64,000 nucleotides of DNA from the NCBI GenBank assembly GCA_002245135.1, contig NGBS01000295.1:124001-188000 (forward strand), in the 5' to 3' direction. Positions 13,594 to 26,071 of the stretch are shown piece by piece. The notes beneath the pieces are model-generated. The model had not been told where the DNA came from and ran no database searches. It saw nothing but the letters and a program-made list of their open reading frames with translations. Positions within the stretch are counted from its first letter, which is position 1; each line of letters starts with the position of its first letter. This stretch comes from Proteromonas lacertae (taxonomy: Eukaryota). Position numbers and translations under genes: made by a program.

Positions 13594-16500
13594 TTATAAA
13601 GGAGAATCAGCAAATTTCACAGTCTGATTCAATGGTTGTGTAATTTGTTGCACCATCATCGTCAATCTTCTCTTTTCTTCAGGTGGTAATAAAGGAGCAG
13701 TTAATTCAAACACATCTTCATCATTGAATGTATATTCATTCAAATCTTGATCTAATTTATCAAATGCATTATCTAAATTAACTAATCTATAACACTTTGG
13801 TAATTTACATTTTTTCTCAAATTCTTCTTCTAAATGTTCAATCTTCTTCTGTTCTTCAGTAACAACATCACTATATACTGAAAATGGTCTATAATTCTCA
13901 CTTTCACTCTCTTTGCAACATAATATACAACATTTACAATTAGTACAGGAATTGTGGCACATATGCCCACAATTGTATAGTTTTATATCTAATGTTGGAT
14001 TCTCTCTATCATATACCATTGTTTTACCACATATTATACATACTTGACTTATAGGTCTAAATGGCATTATTTCATGGAAAATATTATTTGATGTTTTAAA
14101 CGCATCTTTTTCAATAATAGATTTAGCCACACCTACTATTCTAATATCATTGCTATTACCTTCCATTATTTCACTCACTATTGAACGGAATGGACCTAGA
14201 TTATCTTTACCATGTCTTCGTAATATATAATCCATAATATCTTTAATTAAAACATATTTTCTCATACACGTTAAGATTTTACCAATCACATTAATCAATA
14301 TATTATTGAATTGTGTTAATATTTCGTTATTCTTTATTCCTTTTATTATATTTTCTCTATTTTTATCTAATAAGTCTAACAGACTATACCAATATTCAGA
14401 ACTATCGTTCTTTTTATTGTTATTACTATCTTCATTATATAGACTTAATACATCTACTGCAGAATCGACACTATTTTCTAGTGATTTTATATTATTGGAA
14501 TTATCTAAATCAACATTCTCTTTATTCAATTCGTTGGATAATTCATCAATAACTACCATTATTTCTTGTTTTATCAATTCAAATGCTTCAATATATTGTG
14601 CTTTTTGCATCATTAAATAGATAACACATTTCTGTAGTTTATATTCTTTACATAAATCCATTACTTTATCAGCATCATATGTATGATGTTCTTTTAAATA
14701 ATTAGGAATTTTACTTTGATCATATTTACATAATAACTCAATATAATTATATTCCATTTCTTGACTGATTTGAAAATGCGTAGATTCTTTCAAATTAGTT
14801 AATCTCTTTCTCTGATCTTCATTATCACCATTTCCAACTATATAATTCAGCAGTTTACATTGTTCTTCACCATTCTGTAGTGAATCTAAAATAATATCTA
14901 TCTCTGAAGGTATTAATTGTAATAATAAAATGGTACTTTGGTACATATCTAATTCTAATAATTGTGACATATATTTCTTCAATATTCCTAACATCTTATC
15001 TCTAAACTGTTCATTACTTTCATTTACTTCAGACATTATAAATCCAAATACTTGTTTCTTCATTTCCATATCATTATTATTCAAATAACTCAATAATCCT
15101 TGAGTTATATCGCCTGTTTTTCTATGTAATAATGCTGTTACTGGTGATAAAGATAAGTTATTGGCTATTTCTATAATATGTTCTATATCATAATCATTGA
15201 TATTCCATTGTCTTATTAAGGTCAATAATATATTTTGTTTCTCTTGTAATTCATCTGTTGGATATGCATCAATTTTATAAAATAAACATTCCAAGATTAA
15301 CGTATAATATTTAGTAGATATATCTATTTCTCCACTAGCGATAGTCAAACCTAAGAAATGAATTACTTTTGCTTTATTATCAATAGATTCTTCTTGTTTA
15401 TCCAATATTTCAGAACATAATGATTCAAATATATCTTGTTGAGAAGGACAGAAGAAATGAAGTGGAGTTTTATTAGGATATTGAGTAATAATACCAAACT
15501 TATTAGGATCATTAAACACAGTAGATAATACTTTCAATGTATCAGTCAAAGAATAATTTATTAATAAATGTAATGCAGGATATAGTGTATTCTCTAACTT
15601 CCTTTTATTACATAAAAATCCAGTTATTTCAGCAATTAAACATGGTAATAACTGTGAATCAACATTTCCATCCGGATAACATTTACCATCATATAATAAG
15701 AATAAATAATCGAATAATATCTTAGCAATATCATCTCTATGAGTAACTTCATAGTTGTTAAGTAATAAAATGATTGGAGGAAAGAATTTCTTTAATTGTC
15801 TATTGAATATATATAACACGGCGTGATATAAATGGAAAGTGGAACAAATGTTGATCACTTCATCAATCTTTAACTTTGTTAAATCCATTTTAATAATGGT
15901 ATTTTCTAGTTCATTCTGTCTATCCATTGCTATCATATATTGTATAAATTTAATCAACATTTCATTGGGTAGATAGGTTATAGTTTGAGATTTTAAACCA
16001 TTTAATAAATATTTAAAAAATGTATGATATTGTTTTGTTGAATAAAATAATGGATATAATTTCTCATATAATTCATTCACACAATTTATATTGCTACAAA
16101 CACTAAAACAAGTGTTTACTACATTATCTAAATTCTCATCAATATGTATATTATTTGTATTATATAGTTTATTTATTCCAAAAGCACATTCTATATATTC
16201 TATCAACAAATTCACTATTTTTTGTTGTAATAGTTTGGCTTGAGTACTATATTCATCTCTTATTGTGGTTTCATAGTATGATGTATATAAAGCTAAACCA
16301 TTTACATAATTACCTTCTGTTATTTGTTCTTCTACTCTTTCTGTTACTGTTTTAATACTTCCACAATATAATATTTTTGGTTCTAACATATATACTTTAC
16401 CTTCTTTTCCATAGAATGATAAGTGATATGATACAGGAGTTGAACCATACAACATTTGATTAGAAACTGGAATTGATATAGGATTTATTGCTGTTAAATC

Positions 16501-17670
16501 AACAGTTTCAATTATATTTAAATAAGATAGATCAAATATTGATAATTGACCTTCTTGATCTAAAAACACAGTTTTTTGAGCCTCAAGCCAACTCAAGCAT
16601 AAAATAGTAGAGTTTGTTAATTGATCGAATATGGAAATCCAACGATCAATTGGACCATCTGCACAGTAAAACTCTAAGTGTCTATCCCATCCTCTTGCTA
16701 ATAATGGAACTGGATCTCTTGTACCTTGAATTATACCAAATGACCAGGCTAGACAGGGTATAGCAGATTGGTTAATATCAGCTGGTCTTGCCCATAGTGT
16801 TGTCTTACTTCTTCTCTGTATATTTGTTGATGTGTACAATATTGTGTTAGATAAAGAATTTTGAGCTACCAATGTAGTTTCATTTGGTAATGTTAAAGCA
16901 GCACATATACCAACACCATCGCTAATAGTTGGAAATTTTGTAGAAGTAACAGAAATAATCCACATCCTTTTCTGGATTTCAGTTACATATGTGACACCAC
17001 TAATATCTACCGACAATAGCAACATAGGATTTTGGTTAATAAATGATAAACTTGTAACAGAGAATGTATGAATATCACTGATCTCTTTAACTACTTTTCC
17101 TTTGGTTATATCCCATATTGTTATTTTACCACGTTGATTACTACTTACTAATAATTCATATGTCTCACAATATGCTAATGATGTTACTGGATCTGTATCT
17201 GGTGGTGTTAATAATTGAATTAATTCCTCTGTTAAGTCAAAGACATAAATACAACCTCTTTGAGTGCCAATCATGGTGTATTTTTTGAAATTTGAAAATA
17301 CTGATGCATCACCTTTATCACAGGACTGTAGTTTGGCTGATATACCTTCCATTAGAGATGTTGATAAACCAGCTTTTGTTGACATTTTAGCTTTTTCTAA
17401 TGTTGGAGGATCTACCATTTTTGTGGTTAAATCATGATCTTCTTTATCATCTCCAGCATTTAAGAAGGTATTTTCTTCTGTAGCTGATATTGGATCTTTT
17501 ATTGGTGGTTCACTCGGTTTGGGTGATGCTGGTGGAGGTGAAGTAACTTGAACCTCATGCACTGGTTCTGGAGCAGAATCAATAACTAAAGGAGCAGCAT
17601 CGAAAGACTGAAATGGATCAGGTACTTGAGGCTGATTTAAATCTGTATTGAAGCTAGCAAAAGGATCCAT
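13594..17670 (-). CDS. VPS8: Vps8-like CORVET subunit (WD40 propeller, alpha-solenoid/CHCR, C-terminal RING-like), intronless
   Basis: 1358 aa ORF. WD segment GKITIWDI, PCLAWS..LLARGWD, LYHAVLYIFNR, IELLCKYDQSKIPNYLK, and C-terminal CIICGK..CGHMCHNSC..CILC. Confidence 0.85.
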   Translation of the reverse strand: MDPFASFNTDLNQPQVPDPFQSFDAAPLVIDSAPEPVHEVQVTSPPPASPKPSEPPIKDPISATEENTFLNAGDDKEDHDLTTKMVDPPTLEKAKMSTKAGLSTSLMEGISAKLQSCDKGDASVFSNFKKYTMIGTQRGCIYVFDLTEELIQLLTPPDTDPVTSLAYCETYELLVSSNQRGKITIWDITKGKVVKEISDIHTFSVTSLSFINQNPMLLLSVDISGVTYVTEIQKRMWIISVTSTKFPTISDGVGICAALTLPNETTLVAQNSLSNTILYTSTNIQRRSKTTLWARPADINQSAIPCLAWSFGIIQGTRDPVPLLARGWDRHLEFYCADGPIDRWISIFDQLTNSTILCLSWLEAQKTVFLDQEGQLSIFDLSYLNIIETVDLTAINPISIPVSNQMLYGSTPVSYHLSFYGKEGKVYMLEPKILYCGSIKTVTERVEEQITEGNYVNGLALYTSYYETTIRDEYSTQAKLLQQKIVNLLIEYIECAFGINKLYNTNNIHIDENLDNVVNTCFSVCSNINCVNELYEKLYPLFYSTKQYHTFFKYLLNGLKSQTITYLPNEMLIKFIQYMIAMDRQNELENTIIKMDLTKLKIDEVINICSTFHLYHAVLYIFNRQLKKFFPPIILLLNNYEVTHRDDIAKILFDYLFLLYDGKCYPDGNVDSQLLPCLIAEITGFLCNKRKLENTLYPALHLLINYSLTDTLKVLSTVFNDPNKFGIITQYPNKTPLHFFCPSQQDIFESLCSEILDKQEESIDNKAKVIHFLGLTIASGEIDISTKYYTLILECLFYKIDAYPTDELQEKQNILLTLIRQWNINDYDIEHIIEIANNLSLSPVTALLHRKTGDITQGLLSYLNNNDMEMKKQVFGFIMSEVNESNEQFRDKMLGILKKYMSQLLELDMYQSTILLLQLIPSEIDIILDSLQNGEEQCKLLNYIVGNGDNEDQRKRLTNLKESTHFQISQEMEYNYIELLCKYDQSKIPNYLKEHHTYDADKVMDLCKEYKLQKCVIYLMMQKAQYIEAFELIKQEIMVVIDELSNELNKENVDLDNSNNIKSLENSVDSAVDVLSLYNEDSNNNKKNDSSEYWYSLLDLLDKNRENIIKGIKNNEILTQFNNILINVIGKILTCMRKYVLIKDIMDYILRRHGKDNLGPFRSIVSEIMEGNSNDIRIVGVAKSIIEKDAFKTSNNIFHEIMPFRPISQVCIICGKTMVYDRENPTLDIKLYNCGHMCHNSCTNCKCCILCCKESESENYRPFSVYSDVVTEEQKKIEHLEEEFEKKCKLPKCYRLVNLDNAFDKLDQDLNEYTFNDEDVFELTAPLLPPEEKRRLTMMVQQITQPLNQTVKFADSPL

Positions 17671-17748
17671 GAACTATTAATGGAGATAATAGAGAATATA
17701 AATCTTTCTTTTATCAAATCCAAGCCAAAAGTTTGTTTCAATTCTAAA

Positions 17749-18573
17749 ATGACATTTTTTATAATTTTGTTTTTCTCATTCATATTAGCACAAGCTGCAT
17801 CTACAGAAAGACCAGGGTATATTTATGCTGTCATATATTTAATAGGCATAAGGCTGTAACGAAAGTCTCATTCCAAATCCAACATTCAATAGGAAATAGT
17901 GTATGAATGAATAATTTATTATATTTTTATAGCAATTTACAAATTGTGGTCAAATTGAGTTAGTAATTTCACAGATATCAAATAGAAAAGACTTATCATA
18001 CTCAAATCTATGTAAATTAACTCAGTCAGATCAAGAAAGAATTAATGTATAATGTAGTTTATAATAGAATGTAGGAATTAGCAGAAAAGAATGATTATGT
18101 TTATATAAGAATATTACCAGATGAATACCCAAGTCCATTACAAGCATTTATTCCTGCATCTCGATTAGTTCAGTCAAACAATACTTTATCAATTCAATTC
18201 CATTTTTCAACAAAAGATAAATTAGTAGGGTTTGATTTGACACCATTATATGAATTACCAAAAGGTAAAAAAATCCCAGATAATACATTGAAATTAATAC
18301 CTAAACTTGTTACACCACAAGAGACAATATCGTATATTTTCTCATTTATATGTTATAATAGATTGACTGCACATTTAGATATGTTAGAAAGAGAAGAATT
18401 GAAAAAGAAGGTAGTTGATAACAGATCATTTTTCCAGAAATATGTATAATTTATGTAATATCATGGTTAATCATATATAGTGGTATTTAATAGTCATTTT
18501 CTTATTTATTGTAATGAGTGGAAGTGGTGGAGAAGAAAATCCTGAAGGACAACAAGCTCAAGCACAACATTAA
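17749..18573 (+). CDS. EMC10: ER membrane protein complex subunit 10-like
   Basis: Signal peptide MTFFIILFFLIHIS. The spliced C-terminus REELKKKVVDNRSFFQKY|WYLIVIFLFIVMSGSGG matches the EMC10 'SFFxKYW' TM signature. Confidence 0.75.
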
Positions 18574-18670
18574 ACAAATAAATATCAAATTAATACTTAA
18601 GCAGATATAAACTAAATATATTTTACCTAATTATATATATATATATATATAATATACATATATATTTACG

Positions 18671-20016
18671 CTATTCACAGAATTCATTTACAAAACATTT
18701 ACACTTTCTTCTTTTCTTCTTCTTACTTGGCTTTACATTACAAGCTCGTATATGTTTGATTAATAGAACTGGTTTTATATATATTTCTCCACATTTAGGA
18801 CAGGAGAATCTAGGTGGATTTGTATCATCAAATCTATTAATGTCATCTTCTGCTCTTTTACTCTGCAATAACCTCTTTAAACATCCTATACTAATCTCTA
18901 AATCAATACCTTTAGTCAATCCCCTCCAAAACCTAGCAAATCTACCTTTAATTGTAGAATCAGTAGAAACTATAAATAATAATAATAATAATAATTAATA
19001 CGACTTTCTTGCCAATATAAAATACCATTTAGTGTGATTTTTTCACTTGATAAAGGATCTAAAGTTTCGATATCATCATTGGCTTCTTTCTCTGTAAGCG
19101 GTGCATTTAATAAATTAATAAACAACGAATAAGTCTCTTTTCTTGTTAAATAATTCTTATCACTATGATCACATATACTAAAGAAGAATGTAAGTATTTC
19201 TTTCACTTCATTACACTATATAATATATAAAATAATAATAATAATATATATATACACCCGAGTAAAATCTATGTAACACATAAGACATGTATCTATTCGC
19301 AAATTTAATGTATTTTGTATTAAATAATTCAGTTTGTTCATGTGACAAATGGAATAATGTCAAACAAGAATCACCATATTTTGATTTAAATACTGCATAT
19401 CGTAATTCTTGTCTGTGCTTTTCCTCTAATTTGTAATGATGTAATATTAACCACATTCTTATAACAGATTGGATTTTTTGAATCACAATTAGTTTTATAC
19501 AATTACCTTCTTTGTGTTTTGTTAAAAGATCTACTTCTGCATTTGATTGCTGAAGTTTGTAGTATTTTAATATGTTGAAAAACAAAGATCTATAGGGATA
19601 TACTTTTTTAAATGCATTTAAGCATTCTACACTGTGGTATGTATTAACACACGTTAATGTACTAGCATTTATGCAAAATAACTGATGTAAATCATCAGAA
19701 AATGTTTTTGAAGAAGATTTAGTGAATTGAAGACCATTTATTATATGAGACCTCGATTTCTTAATTTCTCTACCTCCCATACTCATAACAAAAGGATCTT
19801 TATCTTTGGGGTTGAAATTTATATTGCCTGATGAAAAATGTGGCTATACCAAAATAATCATATTTATAATACTTTATAATCTTCAAAATGGTGATTGATT
19901 CTATTATGTCTACTCATTTTTCTTTTGAGGATTGAAGTAGTTGAAGGATTTTTATCTCCACCCTGAAGATACTGAGTAAAAGCTTTATCTTTCTGAGGTA
20001 ATACCTTTGCAGACAT
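18671..20016 (-). CDS. IQ + EF-hand + C2HC zinc-finger protein (paralog A)
   Basis: KIQSVIRMWL (IQ-like), FSICDHSDKNYLTRKE and TLDPLSSEKITLN (EF-hand-like), NPPRFSCPKCGEIYIKPVLLIKHIRAC. Start position is tentative. Confidence 0.6.
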
Positions 20017-20184
20017 CCTACATATAAGATAATTTCAAAAACGAAAGTTCTAATTAAAAAAATATTCGTTTCATTTCACAATAAAATCTTAAAACAACAC
20101 ACATACATACATACATTAAATTACACATAAAAAGTAATAAATTAACTATTATACAACTATTTTCAATCTAACATTGATGAAGGT

Positions 20185-20913
20185 TCATACAAAACATCTA
20201 TTCTTACTTAAAAGAGAATATATACTTAATATCTCTTTGAGTACTTCTCTATTTGTATTAGATAAGTCAGTAGATTCTAATAATGTTTTTGACACTTTTT
20301 CAATATGAATAAGAGTATCTAAATATCTAATCATTTTTATGAAATAACTAGATATACAGATCTCTTTCAAATATTGTATTATGCACTTCATCTACAAGAT
20401 CATTTAATTCACATAGTCTTGATTGAATACTACTACATAGTTTAGAGTATAATTCATCAAATCTCTATAATCATTAGTTATAATATATATATATATACGA
20501 TTTCATTATCTGCAGTCTGATTACTACTCAATTCCGAGTGGTCTGTTTCTACTGAGGCTATTACATTAAACAAGCTTATTAATTCGCTTTTATCTCCTTT
20601 AGTTAACAGATCCATATTATAATCACAATATACACCATTTGGTTCTAAATGACTAAATGCTAATTCAAAATTCTTTTTATAATCTGCTAAATTTGTCGAA
20701 TTGACTATAATTTGTGATATATCGACCTATTATTAAAAATATTATCATTATTATAAATACATCACCAAATATAATTTCAGTCAATAAGCAACATGCTATT
20801 CCATCTCTCAATTGAGCTACATCTTGATAATTATCTATAGTTTTTGTATTCACCCATTCTATTAGTTCCAATCTATAAAAATATTATATCAATTTAAATA
20901 TTTACTCATCCAT
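20185..20913 (-). CDS. Calponin-homology (EB1/Hook-type CH) domain protein
   Basis: ELIEWVN..YQDVAQLRDGIACCLLTEIIF is a typical N-terminal CH motif. Several short introns. Confidence 0.6.
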
Positions 20914-20975
20914 TAATGAAAGATTGAATGATTTTATTTTGATATTTGAAAATATTATCGTTTCAGGTTATAGAA

Positions 20976-21506
20976 ATGAATTTTTGTTTTTTCTTGGTAT
21001 TTGTTGCAGTTATAGTGTTTGCCGAAGTAAATAAATAATATTTTGATAATAAATTATGTAATAGGAAGATAAAAAATCCCTAATTGAGTCAATTTTAAAA
21101 GGAGCTGATAAAGAGTGTAAAGTCAAATTATATAATTCAATTACAAATAAAAAGAATGTTATTGATCCAGATTGTCTGAAGCAAATTGAACCTGTATAAC
21201 TCATTCAACTTACTTCTAGGAGTTGGAATTACATCAATATTCTTGGAATGACTTTACAAAGTTAGTGAAAATATACATAAAAGAAAGTAAAGTATTTTGA
21301 ATTTTTGTCCATTATGTTTAGGATGAAGCTATGATGAAAGAAGTTTTGCACAGAACACTTATAATAATAGGCCTGTTTCTTGTGACTATTGTTGGATTCT
21401 TCATGTATTTGTGATAATATATAAAAATTATAGTTATATGAAATATGATTATTCAAAAGAAGACAAGATTAAAGCCGAAAAAGAGCAAAGTAAGAAAGAA
21501 AAATAA
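20976..21506 (+). CDS. Small signal-peptide/TM hypothetical protein
   Basis: MNFCFFLVFVAVIVFAE, a GT-AG intron, an open exon, and a later hydrophobic segment LIIIGLFLVTIVGFFM. 3' exons are uncertain. Confidence 0.45.
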
Positions 21507-21906
21507 CAATTCTCTGGTGTAAAATCAAAGTTTTATTTTTCTTTTCTCATGTTATTTATTATTTGATGTACTAATGTTATTCATTTTTGTTTGAAAAATG
21601 TTTTGATTATGATAAATTGCAGTTCATATGTAAATTCCAACAAACATAAATACATATAATACATTCAATACATGTATTGAAATAATCAACCAATAGAAAA
21701 GCAGGATCTCAATCTCTATTATTTCTTATTTTTTCTATATATATAGCCTGTATTTGTTATTTATATAAGCTTATCCTTTATTAATAATTGTTATAAAGAA
21801 CACATCCCCCATCAGATACAGATAATATTCACATTTGTTTTTGCATCTTATTATTCTGTATGTTTTACCTAATATAAATCTTATGTCAATAGATTATCAT
21901 CTATTG

Positions 21907-22372
21907 ATGGCTCCTGCAACAAAAAAGTGTCGAAGAAAGAGCATTCCTAAAAGGTATTAACACTTTATCCTATTTAGTAGGAGTATTATGCCTGATACTG
22001 TTATGAAAAAGAAAGTTACAAAATATATATTGAATACTGTGAATACAAATGAGGTATTTTTGGTTAATGGTTCAAAAGGAGAAGAAGAGTTGTTGGACCA
22101 AGACTTACAGCCTAAAGTATATCAATACATTGCTATTATATAGGTGTGCTTATCCTGTGGAGCTATGAAAACTCCAAGATGGCACAGAATGGCTATGTAT
22201 CAACCAGGAGTATGATTTGTATTATATATTCATTTAGGCAATAGTTTGTAATGCTTGTGCAATAAGACTTAAGAAATACAAAAGAAAATGTTCAAGTTGT
22301 AACTACATAGTTAAAAAAGACATCAGCGTCTGTCCTAAGTGTTTTAGCTCAGCACTAGTACATGTCAAATAG
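21907..22372 (+). CDS. GATA-type zinc-finger protein with an extra C4 zinc ribbon
   Basis: Spliced VCLSCGAMKTPRWHRMAMYQPG|AIVCNACAIRLKKYKRKCSSCNYIVKKDISVCPKC. Not present in the ORF track because of introns. Confidence 0.75.
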
Positions 22373-22617
22373 CTTTTGAATTAAAGTTGTTAATATTATA
22401 AGTCAGTTATTAAAGATATTTAGTATTATAATATTGATGTGGGAAAATATTTACATAAATTTAAATCAAGTCATCTTATTATCGCTTGTTATGAATGATA
22501 ATAAACTAAAATGTTTAAAGTATATGTTTAATTCATTTCTAAGAGTTTCAAAATTATACTCGTTTTATAAATATGATTTGGCTTGAGATTTGAATTTTCA
22601 TTTTTCAAAATACAATT

Positions 22618-23325
22618 ATGAGTGATACAATAGCTCCAATATTTCAAGATATATCACAGAATATTATTAGGTATAATTATGATATTATGTACTATAGATT
22701 TTTAAATAATCATGAAGGTATTAAAAATGTACAATTTATTCAAAAGTTACCAATACCATTAATGAAAATTATTGATTGGGAGAATTTAAATGCTCCTTAC
22801 ACACTTCCAGAAGAATTGAAAGCTTTTTATTCAATTTCAAACGGATTCACTCTAAGGTGGCAAGTTTCATTTGGTCAAAAAGACTATAACTTAGGTAATA
22901 TGCATGTTGAATCATTAGAAGGATTAATACCAATTGAAATTGTCTCTCCATTCCCAAATTATGTTGGTGTATATGAAAATGAACATATAAGTCTAAAATC
23001 ACATCCAAAAGAAGTGAAGATATTTCAGTTAGATTCTTCATGTAATTGGGGTACTGTAGGATTAGTTTATATTGATACAACAACAGATCCACAAATATGG
23101 TTCCAAGACCTATCTCAAGAGTGGCATTATATAGCACCTAACTTTACAGATTATTTTAGGCTACTTGTAATACATTTGGGCATTCCTAGATGGCAATATG
23201 CATATACTCCTATTGGATTGGATCCTACCATCATACAGTGGTTTAGATTTATTAATCCAGAAAGACTTAATATTATTATGAATTATTGGAAATCAAAGAG
23301 AGATATTGATGATAATATGACGTAA
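22618..23325 (+). CDS. TPGS2: Tubulin polyglutamylase complex subunit 2-like (SMI1/KNR4 fold)
   Basis: WE..N..YTLPEELKAFYSISNGFTLRW, IWFQDLSQEWHYIAPNFTDYFRLLVIHLGIPRWQYAYTPIGL..QWF. One in-frame 27 nt intron at about 22671-22697. Confidence 0.85.
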   Translation: MSDTIAPIFQDISQNIIRYNYDIMYYRFLNNHEGIKNVQFIQKLPIPLMKIIDWENLNAPYTLPEELKAFYSISNGFTLRWQVSFGQKDYNLGNMHVESLEGLIPIEIVSPFPNYVGVYENEHISLKSHPKEVKIFQLDSSCNWGTVGLVYIDTTTDPQIWFQDLSQEWHYIAPNFTDYFRLLVIHLGIPRWQYAYTPIGLDPTIIQWFRFINPERLNIIMNYWKSKRDIDDNMT

Positions 23326-23469
23326 TTTAGTAAAATAAATAAAGATTAATATACAAAATATAGGTTATAGAATAAATAGTTTGTCTTTTTTAAGTTTCTT
23401 TATTGTTTAGTTTATCTAATATAATTTTAGTCTAATTAATATATTTTTTTCTCTATCATTTATTGTATT

Positions 23470-25028
23470 TTATTTTTCATTTACTTTGTACAATGTAGAA
23501 AACCATAAAATCTTTGTAAAATGAGCTAAACATTCAGATTTGGCTAAATTTCTTGGAGAATTAGTTGCTTTGAAATAGGCTATGCAATTATCCCATATAG
23601 TTTGCAAATCAGAATAAATATCACCAACAGAAGTATATATTTGTGATGAAAACTTATAAATAACATCTTCATAAAATACTGGTTCATTTATTAGTTGATA
23701 ATACTCATCATTATCAGGTGATTCTCTGTGTAATATTTGAAAATCACAAAGTGTAAATAATAAAAATATAATATCTTTACATGCTTCAAACAAAGGCGAA
23801 ACGTAATGATTCTGTAATTTTCTCAACATAAATGGGGGGTTTGAAAACATTTTCACACAATTTGGACATACCCATTTTCTATCAACATCATCATTATTCC
23901 TTAAGCAATTTTCATGATAAGACAAAGGACATGTGTCACATAGGAGTAGTCTACCACCATCAGTGCAAACAATACACTTAGAAATATGTTGATCAGATGC
24001 TAATGCTTCATACTCTCCGTTGGTAACATCATATCCATGAATTAATGCACTTTTACTAATTGGCATTCTTTTGAATCTATAGTGTCTGTTTCTTATTAAA
24101 TAATATATTCTATCATTGTTACTGGTTATATTATTATTATTAGCTGTTTCTATTAACTCCAAGTCTTCACTATTATTATTATTATTATTATTATCAGATG
24201 ATGATAATTCCATTTCATTATTCATTGATTTTATAGATTCATTTACTTTTGGTTTCTTTCTTGGATTTGCATTGTTCTTTATCTTTATTTCTAATACTTC
24301 ATTATCTTCATCATTATCATCATCATCAGAAGATGATGATGATGATGAATGTTTTATTATTGTATCTTCAGATAGTTTTCTTACTGATAAATGTCTAGGT
24401 TGAGATTTTGCTATACGATCTATTTAAATTATATATATATATATATATTATACAATGAGCTTTTCCTTCTTCTAATTTTGAATATTCTCCTGTAACAACT
24501 GTTTCCTCTGAATCTGACATTGGAGTAGTTATAGATGATAATAAACGAGGATCATTTGGGTTTAATGAACAATAATTACATTGACAAATATGCAAGCATG
24601 ATGGACATTTCTATATAATAATAATAATGTTTAAGTGTATATAGAAATACAGCAATATGAGGTAGATGAGATGTATTTTGAGGAATGTATTGTTTAAAAT
24701 GATTCAAACAGTATTGATGACTTGGTCTATAGAAAGGACAACATGAATAAACCTAAGGATGATATAAATATATTTATACTTCTCCTAATTTTTGACAAAC
24801 ATGACAACTAGATCTACAAATTCTCCTTATAGAAACATATGGTATTGAATTATATATTTGTCTATGTTTAGTTTGTTGGCAAAGAGAGGACTGATCAGTT
24901 ATACATTCCTCATCTTCATAAATGTTAGTACCCTATTTCTATTATCTCATATAGTCGCATACTATTCTCTCATAATTAAGGTTACCATCAATTGGGTTTG
25001 ATAAATCTGTCAGATCAATTACATCCAT
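23470..25028 (-). CDS. Chromatin protein: N-terminal Cys-rich finger (zf-4CXXC_R1-like), PHD finger and bromodomain
   Basis: SSCHVCQK..HQYCLNH..KCPSCLHICQCNYC; PHD CIVCTDGGRLLLCDTCPLSYHENCL..WVCPNC; bromodomain EYYQLINEP..YTSVGDIYSDLQTIWDNCIAY. Confidence 0.85.
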
Positions 25029-25046
25029 TGAAAAAACAAAAACAAT

Positions 25047-25059
25047 AAGCTTGGCTTGA
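25047..25059. promoter_or_regulatory. Candidate core-promoter element AAGCTTGGCTTGA in a 57 bp bidirectional promoter
   Basis: GC-containing motif between divergent ATGs at 25028 and 25086. Related motifs recur near many other gene starts. Confidence 0.55.
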
Positions 25060-25085
25060 CTCCTTTTTTGAATTTTATTTTTTTC

Positions 25086-25849
25086 ATGGAAAGTACAACA
25101 CATAATAATCCAAATCCATCACCTACGTCTTTTACAAGACGTAAGGTTGGTGTTCCACCAGTATATTAATGTATTAATTTGCAGATCGTAAAACCCTTTA
25201 TATATGGTTCAATATCACAATATTTGAATAAAAGAGCAACAGATTCTAATACACATGAATGGACTGGTATTTTTTACTGTATTATATGTATTTTTTAGCT
25301 TATGTAAGAGGTGTTGATGGAGAAGATTTATCTTATTTCATTAAGCAAGTCCATTTCATTCTTCACAGTTCATTTGCAAACAATGATAGAGTAGTTGCAC
25401 AACATCCTTTCGAATTAAGTGCAACAGGATGGGGAGAATTTGAAATGAAGATACGAGTTGTATTTAGAGATCCAACAGAAAGGCCAGTGGAGTTTTCTCA
25501 TTTCTTAAGACTTTATCCTCCAGGTCCATTAAAAGCATTATCAGATCAGCCAGTTGTATCTGAATTTTATGATGAATTTATTTTTAATGAACCTACTGAA
25601 GGTTTTTATGAAATATTGACAAAGTCAAATGTTCAATATCCACCAATTTTATCACCATATGTCAAATTTTACACAAAGTTTTCCGAAGAAGCTCAATTGA
25701 ATCAATTAATGTCAATCAATAACTATGTTGAAGAACAAATTAAGTGTATATATGACTATCACCTATTATTTATAGTATTAAGAACAAAATTGTTGGAGGT
25801 GGATGAGCGAGAGAAAAGGATAAATGAAAATCATAATATTATTAAATAA
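25086..25849 (+). CDS. YAF9: YEATS-domain protein (Yaf9/GAS41-like)
   Basis: KPFIYGS..THEWT|YVRG..DLSYFIKQVHFILHSSF..HPFELSATGWGEFE..HFLRLYP..VVSEFYDEFIFNEP, followed by a C-terminal coiled coil. Confidence 0.92.
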
Positions 25850-26071
25850 ATATATTATATATATTATTTTGTTGTTATGTGGAATAATTATCTTGATTCT
25901 TCTTATACAGTAAATTATGAGTATTATTAAACACTATTTCATTATTTATATAAAATAATGTAAGAATTATTCTACAATTAACATAACAAAAAAGCAAAAT
26001 TGCGAAATACAAAAAAATGTATAGTAGTATATATATATAAATACTATATAGTTAAACTATAAATCTATTTA

